From the IMG/VR virus record IMGVR_UViG_3300044611_000766, positions 314 through 64,313 of that record: DNA of 64,000 nt. One strand, given 5' to 3'. The DNA is from a virus. Its lineage: Duplodnaviria > Caudoviricetes. This document shows, one piece after another, positions 9,901 through 23,505 of the stretch (position 1 is the stretch's first letter; every line of letters begins with the position of its first letter). Position numbers and translations under genes: made by a program. The notes beneath the pieces are model-generated. The model was not told where the DNA came from. It was given only the letters and a program-made list of their open reading frames with translations, and searched no databases.

Positions 9901-12900
9901 ATTATTGTAATAATCAATGACTCCAGCATTTGGATCAACTATTAAACCCTCTTCATTTTTTCCAGTTACTCCACCATCTAGATATTGCTCTGCTGCTTTA
10001 TAAAGTGCTTGGTTTTTTGATACTGCTGTAGAATTAATATTATTACCAATCCAGTCTGCACCCAAAAGAGAAGTAAATTCATTAGACCATACTTTGTCCT
10101 CTTCAAATTCTTTTATTAAGCCATCGTTGTCGCCTGTGCTTAAAAATGTGATAAGAGGATGAGCGGATGCAATGTCGTCTTCATCTGGATCCATTCCGTA
10201 AATCTCTGCAAAAATATTTTTAACACTTTCATATGTATGGTATCCAACTCTAAACTGGTTCCAAATCCACTGAGCTTGACTAACATTTCTACCATTGCCA
10301 GCAATAACCTTCACTCCAGCATCATAGCTTTCGTCATAAAAGCCTCTTGCTGTTATAGATACTGTATCGGACATATCAAAAACTGACATAAAATCTTCAC
10401 TTGAGCCAGTTAAACTTTCTCCATTATCTATATTGTCTTGACTATCTAATAGATCAATTAATGTTTGCTCTTTTAGTTTATCTAATTCATTTGAACGAAG
10501 ATTATCAAAGTAATAACGATAATTGCCTCCACTAGACAAGGATCCTAAAAATTGTTTTTGATCTTGAGTAACAATTATTCTATCTGCTGCTGATAAATTT
10601 TCATTTTGTTTTGGTATTAAAGTGTTACTTTTTAGGCCAGTAAATTTTGGTTTATCAACAAATGCGTTTTGTGCATATACATACTTAACATCTTGTCTTG
10701 TTCTTCTTCTATCTTCTTCATTGGTTATGTCAAAATTATTTTTAACTACAAAATTACCAAAACCAATTGTAAAAGTTTCTTGTTCAGAATCTTCTCCGAC
10801 TTCGCTGCTATAAAACTTTTTAGCTGGATTAAATGCGCTTGTTACAACACCCAATGGCACTGAGTCATGAACAAAAGCAAAATAACATTCTTTCAAGGAA
10901 GTTTCAGACATCCCTAGCAACTCCCAAGAATCTGCCAATACTCCACTTTCGTCATAAACATCTGGAAGATTTTCTGTTGGAGAAAATATTTCGCCTTCTT
11001 CATTAATTAGCAGTCCTAGGAACAAGGCCGCATCGGGAGATACAATTGCTTCAGTATTTCCCGATCCATCCGGATCACTATCGCTCCACAAGAAATATGC
11101 TGGAGCGCAAACAACTGCTTGCTTTGAGTCTGGATTATAAATAAGAACTCTTCTTTGTTTATAGTCATCAGCAGAACCAGATAATTCAAAGTCATTTAAT
11201 CTGTATTGTTCTTTAAACTTTTGAAGAACATTATTTCTTTCTTGCTCATCTTGAGTGAAATCATCAGGGTTGTCTCTGGTTAATAACGGGTTGTATGGCC
11301 ATCTCATGGCAACATAAAACTGTTCGTGAAGAGCATCTTTTGGAGTAGTCCATTCAGTAAAATTAAGTGCAGCATAGGGGTTTTCAAGCTGCCTATAGTA
11401 AGCGTCGTCGATATCGCCATAGATATCTTTTAATTCATCTTCAAACTCAATTGACTGACCTTCAGGAATAACTGGAAGTGGCATTTGAATAATTTGACTT
11501 GCAGGACCAGCAAATTTAGCTACGCTTGATCCTTCAAGTGTAGAAAATCCTGAGGGGTCAAAAGCAGCTTCGCTACTTAAAGCTTCTGCAAATGGAGATG
11601 CGGCTAAATATTGTCCAAATGGAAAATTAAAGTTAAGAACTTTTTCGCCACTACTATTTGTTGATACTAATTTTGTTTCTGAACCCTCTTTATCTATTAA
11701 ATCTTTTTCAAACTTTGAAATTTCTATTATGTTTGCGAGTCTTTCTTCTACAGCATTTTGATCATTCAGATTAAAAATCTTATCAAAATCAAGAGAGTTA
11801 AGAACTCCAGATGTTCTATTTGTAAAGAATGGATATCTAAATCTCATTGGCAAAAAGTCTGCCTGTTTGTGGTCCAATTGGATTGGAGAAACTATGTCCC
11901 CTACTACACCAAATGGCAAGTGAAAGCCTACCTGCACTTTTCCTTTATTTACTGGAAGAATAGACTTAATCTCTCCATCTACATAATATCTACCTCTGTC
12001 AACATCTCCAAAATTAATAATTTTACCGTTGAGAGGCTCTCCAGCTTTAAAAATATCTTCAAAGGTTAAAGAATTTTCTGCAAAGCTTGACATCATTCCA
12101 GAAAGCTTAGACTCTTGTAGGGTAGTAAATGCGTTTGCATCTGCTAATGGAGTTGATTCTTTATTAATTTGATTAATAATATCATTCATTAAATAGTCGG
12201 GACTAGACCAAACTGGCCCTTCAACTTCCGAATCTTTACTTTCAATGTGGAATCCAGTAGAAATTGGATATACACCAGAGGTATATAGCCAGTGTGGTTT
12301 GCCATAAAATATTGTTGATCTATCTTCAAACGGCCTAACTGCGACTATATAGTTAGGAAGAAGTCTTGCACATAGCTGGAACATGTCCCAAACTGATCTC
12401 ATATATGTTTGAGCTCTAAAAGATACTTCATCATATATGTCATCATCAAGATCAGATACAAGACCCATAGTTTTAAAAATGTTTGCTGTTCCTCTTCCAG
12501 CTAAATTTTTCATTAGCCCTGATCCCCCCAGACTTCCTGTTACGCCAACAGCAGCTATAGCTGGGGCTCCAGCAACGACCAAGGGGGCAGCCATTGCGGC
12601 AACTGCGCCTATCGCTAAACCGCCAAGAACTTGCGATGTACCAATTGCTTTAGATGAATCAACAAGTTTACTTGAAGCAGTTACTGTACCAAGAACGCTT
12701 GATGCTGCTGGATTAGCTTCTCTTTCTGAGGCTTGTATAAGACGATTCCAAGATGAGTCATTAAGTCTATCTAAGTATCCAAACTTTTCATTTTCTATTT
12801 GATTTTCATCAATGCTTGTTAAAACGGACCAACCATCATCTATATCTCCGCCCATAAATTGAGATATTCCTAAACCATTACCAGGATAAATATTTCTTTT

Positions 12901-15900
12901 AAATATTTCCATATCTCTTTGTGTAGAAAAATTGGTCCACATCATTTGCATCATCCCAAAGACGGGAGTTCTGACACTGCCACCTGCAGATTCTATTCCT
13001 CCAAATGATGCTACGTTTGCCATAGAATTTCCAATTGCTCCAACTGTACCAGTAAATGGATTATTAGACATAACGTTAAATACATCTGAAACAGTATTTC
13101 TGTACTGGCTTGCTTGAGCCTTTTCTCTTTCAGTTAATGGCTCATAAAGTATTGAACCAAAATGTCTAATGCCAAATTTATTTTCAGAAAAAACAGAACC
13201 CCTTGTTGCATGGGCAAAAGCTTCTCTTACTCTAGATGCTCCCATTGACAATAATCTAATCATCAAATCTCTTGGTTCAGAAAGCCAGAATCCTGTGTTG
13301 ATTCCACCATCTATTTTTCCGCTATCACCTTTTTTGTTTGATGAATTAATAATAGGGCTGAGCTCAATGGCGTCAGATTGGCAAGTAACTGTTACGATTT
13401 CTCCAAGTTCAACCTGTGTAATAACTCCATTAAATACTGTATCCAAGCTATTTGGGTTTGCCCCATATCCGGCCCTAAGGTGAACTCTTATGCCTGGTTT
13501 TAATCTCATATTTTCTATTTCAGTTACATACTTAGAATGAAAATGTGTTGAAAAGTTTCTTGATACGTTTAATATACTGTCCATTAGAGTAGCTGCGCCC
13601 GCGGATACGTTAGAGGGCCCTGTAGTGGAGTTGGCATTTGCGGTAGAAATAAGATCGGAAACAGTTAATTCTGGTTTTGACAACTTAGAATAAGTATTGG
13701 ACAACCTTAAAATTAAAGTATCTCCTAAAATATCCTCAGATTGAACAATAGAAAAATCTATTACAGATTGCAATCCATAAAAGTTGTCAAAAAGTTTTGT
13801 TCCGGAAAAGTAACTTTCGTCTATAAGCCACAACATATAAGTTGGGAATGCCCTTATCATTCTGTAGGACTTATCTCTATACTGGGTATCCATCATCATT
13901 TTTTCCCAGTGCTTTAAAGCTTCTTTGTAGCCACCAGAAGAACTAACGCTTTGCATTTCGTCTTTAGAATTTGTTCCATAGCCTCTTTGATAAGAGTCTA
14001 GTGGCACTGCACCAGGAACCTGAGTATGTACTTCTTGCTTATCTCTTTCTGGAGTTGAAGTGTCAGCGACTGGAGTTGACTTTGCTCCAAGCAAAACAGC
14101 GTTACCATCCGCGTCGGGTACTACATTTAGGTTATCAAGCGCAATGTAGAATCGACCATCTTCTTCTGCAGAGTAACCAAGTAAAAAACCTCCATCTGGA
14201 GTTTGGTAAATTCCTGGAATCTTTCCTAATGATGATGAGTCAGCAGATGGCATGTAATAAAGGACGCCGCCATAAGGAACCTCATCGGGATCAAAAGATG
14301 GAAGCTTTCCTTCTTTAAGTGAATATTCACTTTCCATAACTAAAGAATTAAAAGCTTTGATTTGTTCTTTAGAACCTGTAACCAAATCTCCGATTCTTAG
14401 TTCGCCATATTCGGTTGCAAACTTTAGATCTGCAAATGTATGCTCAACGCCAAGCTCATCAACAAATGTTTCAATAAAATCTTTCCAAATATCTGGAAAT
14501 TTATTTGCTATATTTCTACTTCTATTTAATCCCGTTTGTTCTATGATTGATTCATTATCAGTATCAAATATAGCTTTTCTAAATATCATCATAGCTTTTG
14601 CTGGTTCCATATTTAGTGTATTAATTAAATAATTTTTTGCTTCTTCTATCGAACCGTTACTTAATAGCAGGTTTTGCTTAACGGTGTCTGCTATTGCTTT
14701 ATCAGCTTCTGTTAATTCAATTGAATCTAAATCACTTTTTATTGGTATATGGAATTCGTCTCTATCTATAATGTTATTAATTAAGTCTTGGTCAAATGTT
14801 TCAAATGATCTAAAATAAAAATCAGGATCTAAAGTTCCTACTGTATCTCCAAGACTATCTTTTACTTGTAATGGCAAATCTGGGTAGGCGTTAAAAACTC
14901 CCCAGTTTTGCTTAAGTCTTAAGAATGGATTTCTTTTAGATTTAAATTGTTCAATAAACTTTCTTTGCTGCTCATTGCTTATCATTTCTCTTTTTTGTTG
15001 AAAAACGTCAAAGTCAACAAGAGACAGCTCTACTTGATAAACGTGTGGATAGTTTGGTACTGTGTTTACATTGTAGGATAGTGGAAGAACATACTTAACT
15101 CCAGCCAATGCGGTAATAATATTTTTAATTCCCATGAAGCCTATGACGCCTGCAGCGTGTTCAAGCCTTGCAAGGCCTGATAAAAAGTCAAACATGTTTT
15201 TAATTTTTCTTAATTCTTTTTCTCCAAATATAGTTAAAGACATACTTACAAAAGTGTCTTTTGCACCTATGTGCTGATATGTTGGTTCGTCTTCCATTTG
15301 AATTTGCATCTTAGCAAGGTTATTTCCCAAGCTCACTGTAACGGCATTGACTATTACTGACTTTGGATCCAAGTCGAGCTTCATCATCGGCACGTCCCAT
15401 TCTCTAAATGAGAATGCCCCTTGACGTGCCTGAGCGGCTTCTAACAAGCCGATTATATCTTCGTTAGCAAAAAATCTTTCGTATAACCCGACATTAAATG
15501 CCATTACAAGTTCTTCTTCAACTTTTTCTTTTATTGCTAACCATTCTTGGTTTGAATATTTATTATCTTTAGTAAATGTAATTTGTTTTCTTGTTGCTTT
15601 TTTGTCTGTTTCTTGTTCTATAAAATATGAAAGAATTGAACTTGAACTGCCAGTATCTTTATATTCTGAATAAGCAGCGTTGTGTATCTTGTCTTTGCCT
15701 TCCTTAAGATCTATCTGACCTTGTGTTAGATTTGGGTATGCTGGATTGCCACCAGAACTTGTGTCTCCTGGAATTGCAGGAATCTCTAATTCGCTACTGG
15801 ACTTTCTATCTTTAATATATTCTGTAACATCAGGATCTGTTATATTATTTGTAGATAAATAATCAACAGCTAAATTGTCATATACTTTATCTTTTATGTC

Positions 15901-17789
15901 GTTAGAACTTGCGCCGAGCTTGAATGACCGTAAGCATTATTGCAGCTTTGTTTTTTGCGGAAGGTCCTATGATATTGTTTTTAGATGTGTATATAACACT
16001 TTCTAAATCTCTATGGTAAGATTCTGATTCGTTAACGTCTAACCCAAATCTTCCTAATAGACTTTCCCAAAAACCTCTGCCAACATCTGTTCTTGCTACT
16101 TCTTCTGAGGTTCTAAAAGAAGAAATATCTGGAGTAAATATTTTTGACTGAACGCTTGATGGAATGTATAGCTGAATATTTTTTCCATCTTCCCATTCTT
16201 TTAATACATTTGTTTTTAATACAGATGTTTTATCATCGTAGACGTTTGTATCAGCGGAGGTAGAGCTTTGGCCAAATCCACTATTTCCATTTGAGTCAGT
16301 TCTATCTGGATACTGGTCGTCTTCTCCGTTCTGAATTAAAACTATTTGTTGAAGAACTGTCAAAACCAAAAGTTTTACTGGAAGATTCTTCTTCTTTGTC
16401 TGATTCAGATATAAAATCTTCACTTATATAATTGTACATTGATCCAGCTGCACGACCCATAAAGTGTCTATACTTGCCCCAGTGAATTGATTGATTAAAA
16501 TCTTTTATCATTGGCAAAAATGGTTTATGATTAAAGTTTAATAATTCTAAATCCACAACAAGCGCAAATGGATAATCTGGTATTGTAGATATACTCATTG
16601 AGTTGAGCACTACTCCAGTTATTTTATGAACGCTATTTAAATAATGATTTTTAACAGGAAGTATTGGAGAGTACTTAAACGCTGCCACCAAACCTCTTAA
16701 TGATGATAGAAACTTATCTACTTTTTGTGTATCTGCTTCGTCATTAAAGTCAATTTTAAAATCTGAATTAACACTTAATTTTGATCCATCGTCTACATCA
16801 ATGCCCCATATATTTTCATAGTTTGGAAAATAAAGTCTTATATTTATTGATGTTTCTCTGTAACCAGAATTAAACTTAGGAGAAGACTTTTGTCTTATTG
16901 CTCCACCCGTCATACTTCCAGTCTTAAATGCAGTATTAACAGATATGGAAACTGGTGGCACATAAAAATTAGCTGCACCTATTCTTAAGTGAAAAATATC
17001 TGGAGTAGCAGGAGTAATATTAGATGGTATTGCCATTCTTTCAATTGCTTTTTGTAGCTTTTGTACTGTTAAGAAATCTTTTGTATCCCATACTGGTTCA
17101 AAAACTGCTTCTCCAGTATTTTTATCTGTTCCAAATGATTTAAACATTTGTTCCATGATATATTTAGTATCATTTAATGGATCATCATCCATGTGACCAT
17201 AGTCAGCCGTTGCAGCCAGTGCAGACAAAAATAAATTAGCTAAGTTAGGGAAATATTGATATATAATTGATAAAGTAATAGGATCTTTTGCAAAAAAGTT
17301 TCTTACTTTAATCAATTCATTTTGCCATCTAATATCTCTCTCTGCATTATTGATTGCATTGTTTGGGTCTTTATTTTCTGCAGATCCAGTTAGTGTTTCA
17401 AGACTAGAAAATCTTTTTCTAGAAAATTCTCTTAATCCACCTATTTCCTCAACTAAATCTAAGATACCAGAGTTTAATACTTTATCAAATAGTTCCTTTC
17501 TATATTTTTGATCTAACTGATGAGCTGAGTTGCTTACAGAAAAAAGATCACTTATAGAATCACCGAGTTAGCCCAAGACTTACAGAGTTGCCGAGCTAAC
17601 CCTAACTTGCTATTTCCTTTTTCATCTAATTCATCTAATTTTGTTGGAAGGTCATTAATTAAAAATTTGACTCTATCCCTTGCTGTTTTTGAAAGAAAAC
17701 TATATTTTTTATCAGCGTCGGGATATCCGCGCCCATGCAACGAACGGATTAAGGTTTGATGAACTATAAGTATTTTGAGTATCTGACAT
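6937..17789 (-). CDS. Giant baseplate hub-like virion protein with C-terminal thermonuclease-like domain, ~3615 aa after five +1 shifts at CGG (17729, 17593, 17565, 16328, 15916)
   Basis: ATG at 17789 follows the upstream stop. ORF-track pieces 17552..17740, 16302..17315, 15902..16423 and 6937..15504, plus the gaps, join into one frame. Hub-like segments RVHLRAGYG...VFNGVI and GEITLMGDTSIRPHD; SNase-like SHVVDGDTF...VRFEGVNTSE. Confidence 0.7.
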
Positions 17790-17792
17790 ATA

Positions 17793-18245
17793 TTACCTAA
17801 ACATTTTTTCTACAGTTAGTTTTGCGCCTAGTTTATTGGCTGAACTATTCTGAGCTACAGAAGATCCGTACCTTGTTATTTTACCACTTTTTTTAAAGCC
17901 TGCAAAGTTATTTGACCCATAATTTAATGATTTAAAATTATTTTTTTCCTTATACCTTGCAGTCTGAAAATTCTTATTATCATAGCCTGCACCTTTTGGT
18001 AGAATTAAGGTTCCTGCTGATTTATCTAATCCCTCAAAAGACCCTCTGACTGGATCGGAAGGTCCAGAACTTCTAGAAATTTTAGATGCTGGCTCTATGG
18101 TTGGGCTTGTGGCACTAGAAGATTTTTGCGAAGAAGATATTCTTCCTGATAATTTACTTACTGATTTAGCTTTTGGTGTTGGGTCAACTCTTTTGTTGGC
18201 AGCTTTTTTTAAGTTTGCATTTTGAGTGCCTGCGCCAAAAATCAT
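17793..18245 (-). CDS. Hypothetical basic Lys/Ser-rich protein
   Basis: 150-aa ORF packed between its neighbours with 3-8 nt gaps. Confidence 0.65.
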   Translation of the reverse strand: MIFGAGTQNANLKKAANKRVDPTPKAKSVSKLSGRISSSQKSSSATSPTIEPASKISRSSGPSDPVRGSFEGLDKSAGTLILPKGAGYDNKNFQTARYKEKNNFKSLNYGSNNFAGFKKSGKITRYGSSVAQNSSANKLGAKLTVEKMFR

Positions 18246-18253
18246 AATATTAC

Positions 18254-21200
18254 CTAAAAGCTAGATGCTACATTCGAATATGGGTCTCTACCTAATCTTG
18301 GGAGCCCATTATACATAGTAGTGTTAATTGGGCCTGTAGCAACACCTCCAGCTAGTTGTCGCATCTTTTCAGCGTCTGCTTGAGAGCCACTTAAATGTAT
18401 TTTATAACTCATAGCTGCAGTGGTTGGATTTAAGTATTTTAAATCAGATATAGATGGAAGTGCTTTAGGAAAATCTGATTCGTAGGCGCTACCACCTGGG
18501 AGCATTGGAGGACCTTCAATTTGCTCCTGAGTTCTTTCTTTAGATGCTGAATAAATAAAACCGAAAGCTGCCAAACCGACTAGTGCGTAAGCTGAGTTTC
18601 TAATAATAGAATCCTGAAATAAATCTCCCATTCCTCCTGATTTAAACATTCTTCCCATTCTAGTATAAAGTTTATCAGGAGCCGAGCCAGAACCTCCTGC
18701 TATTGAATCATCTATGTCATCAATAAATCCAAGTGCATCAGGAGATATATCTGCTGGGTCCAGGAACTCTACTGCAGCAGCAGATCCTGGAGGTGGGGCT
18801 ACCGATGCGGAGACTGATGGCCCCGATACACCATAAGCCTGATTTAATCTTGCTTGTGTTTGCTGAGCTCTTATGAGAGTGTAGTTTTGTTTTGCTTCTT
18901 CTGAAAAATCATCTACAATTCCGCCCCTTGATATCATTTGTAAAAGTTCATAATTTGCTTCAGAAACACCTAATTCCATTCTGGCCCCTGTGCGAATCTG
19001 TTCTCGCATTTCACCTACGCCCATAGTATTGCCGGGACCAATGATGGTCCTAAGAGTATCTTTTGCGTCTTTTCTTGCTTGAGACAAAAGCGCTTTAGCT
19101 TCTTGTCTTTGAAGATTTTGAATATCAATTGGATTCATTCTGCCAGAAAATTCACTAACTGCTGCATCAAGTTGATCATAATTTCCAGTTGCTAAAGCTA
19201 CTTTTGATGCCCTTCTATCATAAGCGTCTCTCCATAGTTCTGTCATTTCAAATCCGAAGACTATCTGGTGCACCTTCTTTAAATATAGCCTCACGCATTA
19301 CTTGTGCTGATCTAGCTCCAAACTTTCTTCTTACAGACGCTTCCATCGTGTCAAATACGTCTAATATATTTGTTGCAGACTTTGCATTTGAAAGTGCAGA
19401 CATCATTTCATATATTCTTGTAGAAAGATCTGTTTTATGCATTACCTTAAGAAGTTCTTCTGCATCTGGAGTATATGATTTTTCTAGATCCAGTTTTTTA
19501 ATTGTTTCGAATGTTCCCCTTAAACTTTCTGCTATCTCATCAGTATATTTAAGATATTCAGCTCTAGCCGTTGGAGCAAAAGTCATTTCATTGTTTACTG
19601 CAGTTCTGTATATTTGCGACATTGTTCCTTCAAGGACATCTTTTTTCTTTTTTGATATCTCAAAATATCTAGATGTTACTGCATATCTATTGTAGGCATC
19701 GGTTCCTTTTCTTAAGGTTAATCTTGATAGCATTTGTTCTTCATCTGCATTTTCAAGATCTTGTATTTCTTGAAGTAAACGTGCTTCTCCTGCACTACCG
19801 GAAGCAGCTGTTCTTAAAGCTTCTCTGTATCCTATTAAAGTATTTTCTTTAATTTTTATTAGCTCTTCACTACTTTTAATTCTTGCCCCAGGATGGGCTG
19901 GATCTAAAAGGGCTCGATCATAAGCTGCCAACTCGTCGTCTGCATCACCTCTTAATATTTGAATTCCTCTCATGAATCCAGTTCCCTCACTGATGCTCTT
20001 AACTGCTCCTTCGCCTGCAGTACCAAGGTTAATTAACATCTTTGAAGGATCAGATGGATCGATTTTTGCATACTTGTTAATTAACTCTGCAATTATTTTT
20101 GCTTGACTGTCTTGATCTGCTACGTCATTAAATGATTGAAACATCTGAATTCCTTGAAGAATTTCAGTCATCTCTGTTTGTTGTATTATCCTTCCTCCTG
20201 CTATTTTTTGCACTGCTGCAGTAGGGTCATCAGAGCTTGCGATAAGCTCTTTTACCATGTCGACCGCATTAGAGGGAGGTATTAGTCCAACTGAATATTT
20301 TAATCTATAGAAATCTTCTAGCCCAACATTTGCCAAAAAATTACCTGAGTCGTCTAATAAATCAATCATCTTACCAGAGCCTCTAAAGCTTTGTAAAACA
20401 TCTTCAACTTGTGTTTGCATGCTAACAGCAAAGCCCTGCCTGTTAATGTATAGACCTAATGAGTTTGACGGATCAGGAACTGAACTAATGGATATCTCTT
20501 GCAGAACTTGATCTAAAGCTGCTTTTTGATTTATTTCAGCCATATCTTTATCTACACCAGAAAGTCCACTAATATAATTAGTTATATCTTGTCTTGTACT
20601 TAAATTAACTCCTTGTAGTTGAGAGAATTTTTGTGCTGCTTTTTTATCTATATCTAATCCAGCTCCCTCAAAAAGAATATTAAAAACACTGCCCCTAGTG
20701 TAATACGGCTCTGCGTCTGTTGCTCTACCTAGGGATATTTGCATATCTGCAAGACTAACTTTTGTATTTTTTGCGTAATCAATCACTTGCTTGTTTAAGG
20801 CAAGCTCTGACGCAGATTTGCTTGAAGCCATTTCTGCTAAATCATATTCTTGCATATTCATGAAGGCTTCAAACTTCATGTCTTTTGCTTTTTGAGAACT
20901 TCTAACTCTAATTAGTAAGTCTTCAACATCTGCGCTATCTACATCTGATCCTCTAACTTGAATTTTGCCTTTTAGCTTTTTGTCACCTTTTGCATCGACC
21001 ATAGACTGTCGAACTTGATTAAGAATTTCTCTATCATCTGCGCTTAAATTCATTGTATTCAATGGATCATTTGCTGCATCAAACAGCTCTAAATAATCAT
21101 CTGTTCTTGACTTAAGTATGTTTGCAATGTTTTCTTTTTTAGATAAATCAGTTCTACTAAAAATTCTTTCTTGAAAACCAGTTGGCTGTCTCATTGTCAT

Positions 21201-23496
21201 GAATGCGAGTCTATTTTTTCCGTTCGCATCTTTAAACATAAGTGGAAGATTTAAAGCTTTGTCGTCTAAGTCGAAAGTACCTAAGGCGTGGTGATACAAA
21301 TGGGCATTAACGCCATCTATCAACATTCTTCCATCTTCCATATCAAAATTCATAAAATTAACAGCTTGCGTTCCATTAATGCCAAACGCTGTTTTAAGAT
21401 TTCGATCGAACCCACTTACATCTATATTAATAGCAGAATCAATTCCTGGACCTCTTCCTGTAATAGCTCCAGAAGCAGTTGTTCTTATTTGAGATCTTGT
21501 CATATCTGGGAATGTCATGTAGTATGCATCGTCCTTTATCGCAAATGCTTGAGTAGCCATCTGTGTTGTAATTCTGTCTACTAGTGCAGGAATTGATCTT
21601 GGATCTGCACCTGTTAGTAGCGCTCTTTGTATTTCTATAGCTTGCTGTTTTGCTCTTGTCATTCTTGCTCGCAAAAGTCCGAGAATACTGATCTATTGGA
21701 GCTTCTGCTTCTCTTCTAATTGAGTCAATTATTGATTTATCAACAACTCCAGTTTTCATAAACTCTTCTGCTTTTTGTATTTGCCTGTCAACAACGCTAG
21801 ACATTCCTTTATAGAAATCTTCACTGTTTAGGTAGTCTGGATGGTACATTAGCATCAGTGGGTCTACTCTGACAGGCTTCGGAGCAGACATTGACATGTC
21901 CATTAAAATACCTTCTATTTTACCTTGAGATATTTCATTTTTTAAAGATGATCCATAAACTATCATCATTTTATCTTGCAGCTTCTTTGGCATTCCTTCA
22001 AAACTTCTAGCTATGTCTTCAAACTTAAGCGATGAACCTTGAAATCCACCTCTCATAGTTTGAGATTTAGCATGACTTATTTTGTATTGTATTGCTTCAA
22101 TTTCTTTTTCTATATCATCTATCATGGATTGTTCTTCTAGACCTATAGGTATTCCTATACTAGTTCTTAAATTATCTAGCTTTTTTGTTAGCATTCCGAT
22201 TCTGGATTCCCAATATTCTGTAGAAGTTATAGCTTCACCATCTCTGGCTCTTTCTACTCCATTAAAAATTGCCATAGCTTTTTGCGCGTAAGAATAATCT
22301 TTGTCTACTATTGGTTTTAATGTTTTGTCAGTTGTGTCAATTATTTCTTGCAATTTTTTTTTCAAAGCGTTAGCGTCGCCGCCAACTGCAGCGTAATCAC
22401 CACCAAGCCTTTGAATAAAATCATTTAAATCAGTATCAGACATAATTTGACTATAATGACTAACCATTTCTTTTAGTTTAGTTTTTACTTGTTGAGGAAT
22501 AGGTTTGGATTCGTCCATTGATCCTGATATTTTCATTTTAGCAAATTGATTCATTTCTTTATTACGTATTTCCATGCCCATTGATAAAAGATATTTTTCT
22601 TCTGTTGTTAAATCCTTCATTGAAAAAAGGCCTTTAAAAAAAGATCCAATATCATCATAATTGTATATAGAATCTTCTAGCTTAGTTGATAGCCCTCTAG
22701 CTTCTGCTAAACTTCTTGCAGCATCTAAAGAAATTCCTTTTGCCTTTGCAAGTCTTGCAGCGTGAAATTCTAAGATAGATTCTTCCAGATCTTCTCCAGC
22801 TATAGCAAAACCTCTGGCAGAATATAAAGCTTTGTAACGCTTAGGGAGTTTTGCTACCGCTTTACCAACAGCGCTAGCATCGCCCTTCATTATTTTGCTA
22901 ACGAATTCTGGAGTTAAAGAACCAAGACCTAGTGCATATTGAAGTTGTTTCATTTGCGTTGCATCTAAAACTTTTCCTGCTGCATCCCTATAGCGCATAA
23001 CCATAATGCCGTCGTCGGTTATGTTAAGCATTCCGTGTTCTCTACCAAATGGACTATCCATAAACTGTGCTAGTTCTTCTTTTCCGCCTCCAAAATCAAA
23101 CTTAAGATATTCAACTGTCATTTCTTGGTCCATATATTGCTCTAAGCCCATCCTTCTAAAAATTTCTTGAGTTCTTAGATCCATGGTTGAGCTTTGTAAA
23201 GATGTATTTAAAGCCTTAGCTTCTTCGCCTATGTGTTTAGCGCCGCGTCTTTCTCCTTCTCCTAAACCTAATTTATTAAAAGTTCTATAATCAGTTATTT
23301 GTAGGCCAGTGATATAGTCGACTGCTTTTTCTGCTGTGCCAAATCTATCGCCAGTAGCCGTAAAAACAAAATCAAAACCATCACCTGCTGCATTTTGTTC
23401 TATCTTAAAAAAATTTCTTAAAGTAGTATTTCTTTTTAGGGCAGACTCTGCTATTGCTATTTGTCTTCCTAATGATGTACTAATTGGTCTTGGCAT
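18254..23496 (-). CDS. Large putative virion/ejection protein, ~1746 aa after +1 shifts at CGG 21681 and 19256
   Basis: Three overlapping ORFs (21439..23496, 19248..21674, 18254..19294) join at TCT-CGG-A and CTT-CGG-A. C-terminal hydrophobic helix ALVGLAAFGFIY. Confidence 0.65.
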
Positions 23497-23505
23497 TTGT
23501 ATTTC

